Virus record (IMG/VR): IMGVR_UViG_3300037113_000024
Location: 685-64,684 of that record
Length of the DNA: 64,000 nt
From: a virus
Taxonomy: Duplodnaviria; Caudoviricetes
Strand: one strand, 5' to 3'
Shown: piece after piece, positions 38,601 to 45,190 of the stretch
How the letters are laid out: every line of letters starts with the position of its first letter
How positions within the stretch are numbered: the first letter of the stretch is position 1
Made by a program: the position numbers and the translations under genes
The notes under the pieces: generated by a model
What the model was told of the DNA's origin: nothing
Databases searched by the model: none
The model's input: only the letters and a program-made list of their open reading frames with translations

Positions 38601-39509
38601 ATGCGTCAAGCCACCAAACAACGCGCCTTGCGCCGCACCTCCCAGGGCCGCGTCGAGCATGTCCTGCGAACGCTGCGCGAAGGTGCGGTTGGGGTCACCC
38701 ATCGCACTCATCAGGCCCGCGGTGGCGGCCTGGACAGGGGCCTGGATCGCCGCGCCCACAGCCGCGCCCTTGGCGGCCTTGCCCAGGAGGCCAGTCTTGA
38801 CTTCCTGCGTAGTCGTGTTGCCGGCGGCGTCGGTGACCGTCTTCTTGAACGCCTTGGGCACCATGGACGGGAGACGCTGTGCCAGCCACCCCTCGCCCAT
38901 AGACGGCAGGATACCTTGCAGGGCCGCCTCAGGGACACCCAAGGCCAACGCCTTGCCCGCCGCGCCCTGATCGAGCGTCTGGCCTGCCTGATCGCCTGCT
39001 TCGACGTTCTGGCCCACCATGAAGGGGTAGGCCGCCGCACCCGCGCCCGCAGCCCCGCGGATCGCCGCCGTGCGCGCCGCAGCCGTCAGCGCAGCCGCAC
39101 CTGCGCCACCCGCGATCAGTTCGTCAGGCCCGGCCAGACCCGCAGTCGCCAACGCGGTGCCGCCGGTCATAGCCGCCAGCATCGGCAAGCTCTGGACCGC
39201 CTGATAGGCCAGCTTCTCGGGGTGCCAGAACGGCAGAGCGTCGATATCGGGACGAGCGCTCGCCGCAGCATTGGCCTGCTGCTGCGTCGCCCAGTCGCCC
39301 ATGCCCTGGCCCAGGTCCGGCGCGCCCACCGCCGTGGACACCGCACGACCAGCGTTCGCAAGGTTCGACAGGCCACCGTACCAGCCCGTCTTGAGCGCGC
39401 TGCTTAGGAACCCTGGTTGTGCGGGCGTGGGTGCGCTGCTGGCGCTGGTCGCGCGCAGAACGTCGTCGATCCCCGGAAGATTGGAGGTCGGACTACCGAA
39501 GTCGGCCAT
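32694..39509 (-). CDS. Large internal virion (ejection) / polyvalent protein with zincin-like motif
   Basis: 2271 aa; IIHEFTHAAT...EMVAEAMSNP; LRRRGQY (PLxRFG-like); hydrophobic Gly/Ala N-terminus. Confidence 0.8.
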   Translation of the reverse strand: MADFGSPTSNLPGIDDVLRATSASSAPTPAQPGFLSSALKTGWYGGLSNLANAGRAVSTAVGAPDLGQGMGDWATQQQANAAASARPDIDALPFWHPEKLAYQAVQSLPMLAAMTGGTALATAGLAGPDELIAGGAGAAALTAAARTAAIRGAAGAGAAAYPFMVGQNVEAGDQAGQTLDQGAAGKALALGVPEAALQGILPSMGEGWLAQRLPSMVPKAFKKTVTDAAGNTTTQEVKTGLLGKAAKGAAVGAAIQAPVQAATAGLMSAMGDPNRTFAQRSQDMLDAALGGAAQGALFGGLTHVFAKADPAHLTNENLSSTVDQAITPQLPAPPPTLALPRPGEVGPAALEPPQRFPQTPDDLGTPPDVATTPAQPGQAIRGLPAPALEPASRPVAGQPIYQGEVHTGEPVDTTPKQLEAPFQQEGVRPGSAETLYMGAPIERVTPEPEPGRLLTGPNDTRPVAGDVITPEAPVSGPAHPAVAALEPPRIMMPDETTEAYKDRLRPLDNATLLQHAQAAGLDTKSGRAALEVMAERLKWEKNKFTAPTADDIRDQMAQQDAERKAQQDAQDAANAKVTAAAEHVQKIKSATKGSIPSYLRPLLGDDLAVKSAIYDRLQAADKPSNTLQNLAKSFDIMDEKGNTTDPRTVAQGTTNLGPETEAAPEQANPVPPPKPAVMPTAIPEQHQPKWQALQDIKSNLQPDDPLNDKISMLQDKLANPKQGEVGQVVSQTNKIKKIIEAQKVIDKAEGKAKPVPTTEAKPPVDEATGAKKFDTPAEPPPAAPAPETPPRPSKSGPQGEPNARDKYLADNAQRAQEMGASDAAQRAAADFATRGKKPLGGEVPPAKEAKPTRPSNEQGPQAKEAAPKPTVSSEGKAQVLGALQKMRANIGELIERKLPRVKGENDTQFEKRDTVFQQAIDKVDAATAAVGKALKSQDPHAALSALKETHLADSIDLRQKYSGLVDNRTRKLLEFNNNHAEAVMDAVREATGQNKADPLSVGSAKPQTQMDRDLAYLVDRGATPRQLLEHIIRNGTTSARRTIAAKLLQTSKADPSIRFGTQAEAVKSHPNLAQVFADYHDGYGRIRVFDKADMEHSIIHEFTHAATIKGLKDPAIAGQFDKLLKAAKEQISPDEAKQYGFTNTKEMVAEAMSNPHFAAFLDTLKPPKDMQGTLPGASIWRAFKEVVRRIFGFPKGAETMLDHVMHLAGQTIDETNGDLTRKVGTAQGMDQTTGLYARGLIEDGERVMDAVDRHLNPKGWGDNISKALLGGRTIESIADSYHKLIPSMLRYKAMADTHRVIEDRFNSLAKVSRAAFDALPKDVQKMVNEAATFTNLKIDPRRSWAEHTWLQNHPDTAAMKAEVAKANKLWNEIKRKGGDKAYLAMDNTNRTHRFAFFTGALRNEVLANHAGEFQLGADPFKAYQFADRLHNDPRAAADYWQKQVEAHLAPIRSMLSKQKALLKEATDKGDKAGAQAIRDHIKSLSGLERDASAAMTGAEQAPNFALRRRGQYMVSGTLAAGRTPDQVRRFQQILQEKGFHDVVIQPNADNNTVYIRTETRAQNDNLIKAFQQAQKENLLDPKKNINHGSAASLYDHSGVLPSWLQEAIKNVRGNMPDLDDDADPKLKDAYKTAREHALDSMVQQYMDALPESSLSKLFARREGVQGASADMAGAFSDRAMSSARGLANVATSDEFANINNGMRDEVKALKTDGNSNPQDAIRAQQAYTELQLRNAQRGWKLAHTPFDTVRHLTHMFELGFSVPYTITLMSQIPTLAWGELAKQHGYLGAAKSMAKFTPMAFKIMKAAFTGADKWHFAITPEKLAAAGIPKDVADFVLHQNNRGDFNLSSYTQWVYENQHGTVIPKVLHDASGASTLYAEMLPRLVTALAARDLYTQSPVKGATFNDLHSFVSDKVNRSQFSWNPDLNPRYTGKHGLLGQASPLVAQFTGYHFKLLEKLYRETADAFGQRGEDYAKQGRRFMGMHLAAMAALSGTMGLPMTGMFAGLYDRLADLITRDDTHDIRASYRDFLNTTFGKDVGEVLAHGVPRVAGLDLSHLGEDRIMLGTQAMTEKRQWEDAEKDWLKSMAGSAFGLGSDIVLAGRDMYNGDYLQAASRGLPEMLRNAADAELIREHGFEDKSGFKLPISGSTSASLMKLLGFDTSQEAEYKEVKGTMSGLQARQQYDQQNIMRHLALAYNREDPQSYGEWLNASQQFMMNNPGVKPPAMGFADYLKQHARSAALAGALGTPLGVSPRNLMMRGMVQYVNLGGGQ

Positions 39510-39520
39510 GTGCCCCTACT

Positions 39521-40375
39521 TTATTGTGCAGGCATACCAGTGGTGATCATGTGCAGGACTTGCTGAAGCTGCTTGTCCGCCGCGCCACCGTCGTTCGCCG
39601 GCCCACCGTTCGGGTGAGCCGCATTGGCTTGGTTGGTCAGACCCGAAAGGTAGCCCGCCACGGCCTGCTGCTGCGGGTTCAGGTAATGCTGCATCTCCCA
39701 CGCCTGCGCAGCCTGACGGTTGGTCATGCCGCGCGTCGCCGCTTGGAACTCTGGCCACGAATATTGGTGCGGCTCGGTGATCGCGTGCGCTGCGCCCACG
39801 GCTATGCCATGGGCTTTCGCCACTGCCGCGGTTAGCTGCGGGTTGGTGTTCGTCTTCACCATGCCGTTGCCATGGTCCAGCGCCTCAGGCTGCGCCGTCC
39901 CCGCGTTGGCGTGAGCATCCAAGATCGGCCCGAGCTTCATCGCGAAGCCCACCGGGTCCTTCTCCGCGAAGGTTAGTTGGTCGGGATGCTGTGTGAAATA
40001 GCTCGTGGCCGCGGGCTTGGCGTAGGTGTCCGCTGCGCCTTGGCGCGCGTCGAGCGCCGCGCTGCCCGCGCCCGAGGTGCCGCCGGTGAGCCCGGTCCAG
40101 TTCAGGAACCGTTCCGCGACGCCCGGCCCGGTGTCGGCCAGGGCGTTGGTGCGCTGCGTGACGTTCTGGATCGCCACGTTGCGGGCGTGCATGTTCGCCA
40201 TGCCCGACAGGTTGGGATCGTCCGGCGGGGCCGCCAACGCCGCGCCCTGCATCATGCCGCCCCAGGTGGGCAGGCCAGCGGTGGGATCGCTGCCCGGCGG
40301 CGCGAACCCCGGCCCGCCAGCGGGGCTCGTCGGCGGGAGGGGTGCGCTCGTCGGGTCAGGCATCAGGTGCTCCAA
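39521..40375 (-). CDS. Putative internal virion protein
   Basis: ORF between adaptor and large ejection protein. Confidence 0.65.
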   Translation of the reverse strand: MEHLMPDPTSAPLPPTSPAGGPGFAPPGSDPTAGLPTWGGMMQGAALAAPPDDPNLSGMANMHARNVAIQNVTQRTNALADTGPGVAERFLNWTGLTGGTSGAGSAALDARQGAADTYAKPAATSYFTQHPDQLTFAEKDPVGFAMKLGPILDAHANAGTAQPEALDHGNGMVKTNTNPQLTAAVAKAHGIAVGAAHAITEPHQYSWPEFQAATRGMTNRQAAQAWEMQHYLNPQQQAVAGYLSGLTNQANAAHPNGGPANDGGAADKQLQQVLHMITTGMPAQ

Positions 40376-41148
40376 TCACGCTCGTAGGTGAACCCGTTAC
40401 CGCCGAACTGAAAGGCGGCCGGCGCGAATAGCCGTCGTTTTAGCTCACGTTTCGCGTCTTGAACATGGGCCTCGAAACTGTCCTTCAGGTCTTTCGCGCG
40501 GCCGGGCGCATCGCCGCCGGCTATGTCAAGGTCGGGCTGACGCAACGCCAAGTAGCCGGCCCAGTCCAGCATGTCGAGATGATAGGTTTCGGGTATCTCG
40601 GGCTGGCCTTCCAGATCTGAGAGCTTAAGAGTTCGGATGGGAAGCCGCACCACCCGCATGTTGACCAGCACCGCGTTGCCTGCTCCCACGTTGGGATAGG
40701 TGCGGAAGGTCATGCAGTTCAGGGCGTTCTTGGCGTCTGCCAGCAGTCCTTCATCTGTGGTGAAGGCAATGACTTTGCCGGGTGTAAGTGTAGAGATGTA
40801 TGAGGTATCGAAAAATCGAGTATCGTTAGCGCGATACGTATCCAGATTACTGTGGCCAGCGCGCGCCAGATCGTAACCATCACCCACACATCGCGCGCTG
40901 AGAATACCAAGGAGTTTCGGGTGAAGTGCATAGTCTTGCTGCCCTGCCACGAGTTGCAGTTGGCACACCTCCGGGGTGGCCGCGTCGCGAAGGCACTCGG
41001 AGCGCTTCGCGAAGCGCTCCTGAGCTTGGTTGATGTAACGGACCAATGTTGTGTCGGACCATCGCTGGTCCGTACGCACCCCGACCTGATCCGACTTGTC
41101 GCTCAGGATGTTATCCCGAAGTTCCTCAAGAAGATCGCCGAGGCGCAT
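40363..41148 (-). CDS. Head-tail adaptor / tail tubular protein A-like
   Basis: LLEELRDNIL...WSDTTLVRYINQAQ...PEIPETYH pattern. Confidence 0.75.
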   Translation of the reverse strand: MRLGDLLEELRDNILSDKSDQVGVRTDQRWSDTTLVRYINQAQERFAKRSECLRDAATPEVCQLQLVAGQQDYALHPKLLGILSARCVGDGYDLARAGHSNLDTYRANDTRFFDTSYISTLTPGKVIAFTTDEGLLADAKNALNCMTFRTYPNVGAGNAVLVNMRVVRLPIRTLKLSDLEGQPEIPETYHLDMLDWAGYLALRQPDLDIAGGDAPGRAKDLKDSFEAHVQDAKRELKRRLFAPAAFQFGGNGFTYERDWST

Positions 41149-41158
41149 TGGTTGGTCC

Positions 41159-41503
41159 TTACGCTGCTTCGCGGTCGCCCTGGCCCGGCGCGGTGCGGTA
41201 GGGGAACCGAAGCCGCGAGCGCCACCCAGTCACCTGCTTGGTCTGCGGATCGACCACAGGCACCTGTGTAACCGCGTTGTCAAGGATTTCGACCAGCGGG
41301 TAGGGCACGTCGGCCCACTCGCCGGGGCGCAGCATGTAGGTGTTGCCGTTGTGGCCCAGGAACAGGCCGGTGGGCGGAATGTCGCTGTTCTCTTCCAGCA
41401 AGATGCGCCACGTCTTGGCCTTGATCTGCGGGGCCACGCGGCGCACGGACTTGCCCGGCGGCGTGCCGCGCTGAAGGTTGGAAGGCAGTTCGCTATCGCT
41501 CAT
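41159..41503 (-). CDS. Conserved head-region protein
   Basis: FLGHNG...LRPGEWADVP...EILDNA pattern found after N4-gp56-type capsids. Confidence 0.7.
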   Translation of the reverse strand: MSDSELPSNLQRGTPPGKSVRRVAPQIKAKTWRILLEENSDIPPTGLFLGHNGNTYMLRPGEWADVPYPLVEILDNAVTQVPVVDPQTKQVTGWRSRLRFPYRTAPGQGDREAA

Positions 41504-41784
41504 TACTCATCTCCATCGGGTTCAGACGCAGCAGTGTCAAAGGCGGTGCCGAAGTCATCGCTCTTTGTTTGAACGATGGCTTTCTTCAGGTTCTTCTTCA
41601 GGAACGCCACGACACCATCGGCGTCCTTGAACACGAAGGACTTCCAGGGGTCCTTGTAACTGACCCCCATCTTCTCCCGCTTTTCGTAGGGAAGGCTGTT
41701 GCGCTTGTCGATGGCGGGGTCACGAATTTCCACCGTGAACCCGTTCTCAAAGCGCTCGATGCGGACGCAGCTATCGCTCATCAT
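41503..41784 (-). CDS. Hypothetical protein
   Basis: TAATG-coupled on both sides; VRIERFENGFTV. Confidence 0.7.
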   Translation of the reverse strand: MMSDSCVRIERFENGFTVEIRDPAIDKRNSLPYEKREKMGVSYKDPWKSFVFKDADGVVAFLKKNLKKAIVQTKSDDFGTAFDTAASEPDGDE

Positions 41785-41948
41785 TAGAACCTTCCCGATA
41801 GCAGCAGGATTAGCAAGATGATGACCAGCAAGCCGATCCCGCCTCCTGCTCCCCACCCGGCGGGGCCTACGAAGCCGCCGCGGTAATAGCCAAAGCCGCC
41901 ACCGCCCAGGACCAGCACAATCAGGATGATTAGGACGATGGTGGTCAT
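41784..41948 (-). CDS. DUF3309-like small membrane protein (54 aa, not in ORF track)
   Basis: MTTIVLIILIVLVLGGGGFGYYRGGFVGPAGWGAGGGIGLLVIILLILLLSGRF; AAGGA RBS. Confidence 0.8.
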   Translation of the reverse strand: MTTIVLIILIVLVLGGGGFGYYRGGFVGPAGWGAGGGIGLLVIILLILLLSGRF

Positions 41949-41958
41949 GGTTGATCCT

Positions 41959-42369
41959 TTACATGCCGAAGCGGGTATAGCCGATCTTCAGCGTGCCGTT
42001 GAACGCCGCCGCGCCCGAGTTGTGGATTTTGATCACCAGCGAACCCGCGGCCGGCGTCACAGCGCCCACCGTGGGCGAGCCGCCGGTGTTGGAGCCGTTC
42101 GTGACATTGACGAACACGAGATCGCTCGCCAGAACTTTGTTGTTGGTGATCGTCAGGGTGTAGTCGGACCCCGCCGCCGTGGTGACGCTCTCGGTGGTGA
42201 TGAGGCCAGCCGACTTGTTGAGCGTCACCGCGCCGGCCGAACTGGTGCCGGCCTTGCCTGTAGCGCCGCCGGTGTCCACCACCAGCGGGTTGCCGTTCGC
42301 GGGGATCGCGTCCGCCTCGAACTGAACCACATCGCCCTGGGTGTTATATGCGAGCAACCGAGCCATCAT
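41959..42369 (-). CDS. Capsid decoration / head fibre-like protein
   Basis: GAVTLNKSAGLITT beta-rich; AGGAGG RBS. Confidence 0.7.
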   Translation of the reverse strand: MMARLLAYNTQGDVVQFEADAIPANGNPLVVDTGGATGKAGTSSAGAVTLNKSAGLITTESVTTAAGSDYTLTITNNKVLASDLVFVNVTNGSNTGGSPTVGAVTPAAGSLVIKIHNSGAAAFNGTLKIGYTRFGM

Positions 42370-42380
42370 GCCCTCCTAGG

Positions 42381-42408
42381 AAAAAAGGGGGACCATTGCT
42401 GGCCCCCC
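42381..42408 (-). terminator. Rho-independent terminator
   Basis: Minus strand GGGGGGCCA-GCAA-TGGTCCCCC-TTTTTT. Confidence 0.8.
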
Positions 42409-42437
42409 GCGTAGCAACCAAGCCGTGGGAGGCTGGC

Positions 42438-42851
42438 TTAGGTGATCTTGTAGGTGATGCTCTTGGCGGTGCCGCAGAGCGTCGTGCCGAGCGTCACGGT
42501 GCCGATCCCGCCGGTGCCGTTCGACAGCGAGCCGCTGACGGTGATCTGTGACGTGGTGTCCTGCGCGGACGTGAGCGAGCCGCCCAGGACCGTCTTAATG
42601 GAGTTGGCCGCCGGCATGCCGATTTGCCACTTCCACGTAATGCCGTCCGTGACGTTCACGATCTCCACCTCTGTGGCCACGAAGCCGATGTTGATCTGCG
42701 TCGCGTTGCCGTTGGAGGTGAAGTAGCCGGCCACTTCCTGGCCCGAGCCATCGGGGGCGTTGACGGGGTTGCCAATGAGCGTGCCCGGCCCCGTATAAGT
42801 GCTCGGGAAGGAGGAACCATGGAACATGGTGTCGATGATATTGGTGGTCAT
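42438..42851 (-). CDS. Putative capsid decoration protein
   Basis: Directly after MCP; beta-rich. Confidence 0.7.
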   Translation of the reverse strand: MTTNIIDTMFHGSSFPSTYTGPGTLIGNPVNAPDGSGQEVAGYFTSNGNATQINIGFVATEVEIVNVTDGITWKWQIGMPAANSIKTVLGGSLTSAQDTTSQITVSGSLSNGTGGIGTVTLGTTLCGTAKSITYKIT

Positions 42852-42880
42852 ATGACCCTCGAAAGTTAGCTGTGAGACTA

Positions 42881-42912
42881 AATTTAGCCCTGGGACTTAC
42901 CAGGGCTAAATT
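42881..42912 (-). terminator. 13-bp stem-loop after major capsid gene
   Basis: AATTTAGCCCTGG-gactta-CCAGGGCTAAATT. Confidence 0.65.
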
Positions 42913-42916
42913 CGCG

Positions 42917-43987
42917 TTACGAGGTGCAGCCGACTTCCAGGCGCGCCATGAAGGCGTCCTGAAGGATCACGGTGCCCGTCCACAGCTTCCAGCCGACCGT
43001 GCCGCGCTGCGCCAGCGGATCGCCGGGAGCCGGCTTCGGATTGACCACCATGGGCGTCATCGAGCTTTTCCCCTTGAGGGGGACTAAGCCGAAGGCGTCG
43101 CGCCCGAAGATCAGCACCGGGTAAACGTCAGCGTAGGTGCCTGACGTGGACCGCAGCGAACCCAGGGTGCCCGAAGTCGCCGCATCTGCGAACGGCGCGA
43201 ACACGGTGGAGGTCAGGTAGCGCACCTGCTCGACGGACCCGATCTCGCCCTCGAACGGGCTGGTGTGCGGGCCGTAGGACGCGACCGGCACGAAGCCGGT
43301 CATGTTGCGGATATCGCTTTCCAGATCGGGGTGGCAGATCGCCATGTAGGCGGCTTCGACCGACTTCGTGTTGAAGTCGGGGTTGGACGCCACGACGGTG
43401 CTGATCTTGCGCGCGTTCTGGCGGTTCAGACCAGTGGTGACGCGGCGCTGATCGGTCAGCGCGATCGCGGTGGAGACGTTGACGCGGCCCGCCACGTTGT
43501 TGGCGTACCAAACATTGGTGCCGGCCTTCAGGACGTTGAAGCGCAACGTCTCAAGGGTGATCGCCGCCTGCTCGCCCAGAATGTCCGTCATCTGCGCGAG
43601 GACGGGATCGGTGTGCGTGTCCTCGATCACGTCGGTGATCGTGACGTAATCGCCGTACTGCGCCAACTGAACCGTGTAGTCCTGATTGGCGATGATCGAG
43701 CCGGACGGCGTGACGCCTTCGACCAGCGGCGTGATGGCCACCGGGATGTTGAAGGCAGTACCGGCGCCGTTGGTGCCCGCGCCGTTGTCTGGACCGGCCG
43801 AGCCGCCTGCGCCGAGCATGTAGTAGCGGCGGAACTTCGCCGTCTGCGTGCTGTTCGTGGGCAGCGGGTAGGTCTGGCCGAACTTCTCGATATGCAGATA
43901 CGGCATGGCGCGCTTCAGCATGCGCACCACGGAATACGCGGCGACCGCCGGGCTAATGTCGCCGTAGGAAGTGATTGCCTGGGCCAT
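42917..43987 (-). CDS. Major capsid protein, N4-gp56 family
   Basis: YGDISP, EKFGQTYPLP, KFRRY, LVEGVTP, QYGD, CHPDLESDIR, EIGSVEQVRY, DPLAQRGTVGWK. Confidence 0.93.
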   Translation of the reverse strand: MAQAITSYGDISPAVAAYSVVRMLKRAMPYLHIEKFGQTYPLPTNSTQTAKFRRYYMLGAGGSAGPDNGAGTNGAGTAFNIPVAITPLVEGVTPSGSIIANQDYTVQLAQYGDYVTITDVIEDTHTDPVLAQMTDILGEQAAITLETLRFNVLKAGTNVWYANNVAGRVNVSTAIALTDQRRVTTGLNRQNARKISTVVASNPDFNTKSVEAAYMAICHPDLESDIRNMTGFVPVASYGPHTSPFEGEIGSVEQVRYLTSTVFAPFADAATSGTLGSLRSTSGTYADVYPVLIFGRDAFGLVPLKGKSSMTPMVVNPKPAPGDPLAQRGTVGWKLWTGTVILQDAFMARLEVGCTS

Positions 43988-44011
43988 ATGGTCCTCTCAG
44001 CCGAAACTCAG

Positions 44012-44941
44012 TTACGTGATCGCCTTGGCGAACTGCTCAAAGGCATCTTCGTAGGTTGCAGGGGCGGCCTGCGTAGGAGCAGACCTTTTGCCGCTGACTG
44101 GGGCCAACCGCTGCGCCGCTTGTTTGGCCAACGGGGACAACTCAGGAGCCTTAGCAGGCGGCGGGGGAGTTTGACGTCCGCCCTGCGCCTGAGGTGCGAT
44201 CCCAGGGTTAGGGTTGGGTGACGTGACGCCCGTCGCCTGCCGGTAACGGTCGAACAAATCCGCGATTTCCTCGACCGTCCCCTGCTGAATAACACTGTTC
44301 ATACCGGCTTGCAAGTAGCCCGGCTGCGTCTTCACCCAGTTGACCACTTGGTCGTGAAGGGTGTCGTAGTCGGGCACGCGCTGACTTATCTGGCCATATA
44401 CCGTGGTATCGGCCACTTGGCCGAGAAGGGCCAACTGCGGGGCCAAGTATTCGGCCACCTGTTGGAAAATGTGCTGCGTCAACTGACGGTATTCGCTTCG
44501 GCGGATCAGGGCCTCCGCTTTCACCACATCGGGGTAGTCCTGCGCGTACTGACGCAGCACCGCCAGTTCCTCGCCCGAGAAGACGGGCGTCGGCTGCGGC
44601 AAGGGTTGCGGCTGAGGCTGCTGCGTCGTCTGCTGACGCTGCGCCAGCATGTCCGCCAGCCGCGCAATGGGGTCATCGGCCGGCGGCGCAGGCTCGGGGT
44701 TCTCAGGCGGCGGCGGGGGCTCGGGGTTCTCCGGGTCCGGCGGCTCGATCTCGGTGACTTCTGGCGCAGGCGCGGCGGCCTCAGCGGCAGGAGGCACAGG
44801 CGCGGCGGCCTCAGCGGCAGGAGGCGTAGCCGGCGGCGTCTCGCCTTCCTTCACCTTGGCTGCGGGCGGCGGCGTGGCAGAGCCGTCCGGCTTCTCCCGC
44901 ACCAGCGTGTCGAACATATCTTCAAAGCTTTCACCGGCCAT
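44012..44941 (-). CDS. Scaffolding protein
   Basis: Pro/Glu-rich N-terminus, helical core, immediately upstream of MCP. Confidence 0.75.
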   Translation of the reverse strand: MAGESFEDMFDTLVREKPDGSATPPPAAKVKEGETPPATPPAAEAAAPVPPAAEAAAPAPEVTEIEPPDPENPEPPPPPENPEPAPPADDPIARLADMLAQRQQTTQQPQPQPLPQPTPVFSGEELAVLRQYAQDYPDVVKAEALIRRSEYRQLTQHIFQQVAEYLAPQLALLGQVADTTVYGQISQRVPDYDTLHDQVVNWVKTQPGYLQAGMNSVIQQGTVEEIADLFDRYRQATGVTSPNPNPGIAPQAQGGRQTPPPPAKAPELSPLAKQAAQRLAPVSGKRSAPTQAAPATYEDAFEQFAKAIT

Positions 44942-44959
44942 GACTACCTCGCAACAATG

Positions 44960-45190
44960 TTAAGACTTATTCCCTGTGAGGGTCTTAAGGATTTCCCTAT
45001 ACGCCTTGGCCTCCCCCTGCAACCGGAGGACTTCCGGCCCCTCCGCTGAGGTCAGGCGCTCCTTGACCGCCTCCAACCGAAGGGTCGCCCATTGGTGGAC
45101 CGCCCTGACCCCCGTCTCCCCCCGCTGGAAGCTGTCCGCTATCTGCTGCCCCATCACTACCAGGGAGCCCCTGTCCATTGAGTGCGCCAA
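44960..45190 (-). CDS. Small conserved protein between portal and scaffold, overlapping the portal 3' end
   Basis: LEAVKERL...EVLRLQGEAKAYREIL motif. Confidence 0.65.
   Translation of the reverse strand: MAHSMDRGSLVVMGQQIADSFQRGETGVRAVHQWATLRLEAVKERLTSAEGPEVLRLQGEAKAYREILKTLTGNKS

Noticed and set aside
32694-39509. N4-like virion RNA polymerase
   Set aside because: Shorter than N4 vRNAP and no T7-type RNAP catalytic motifs recognised
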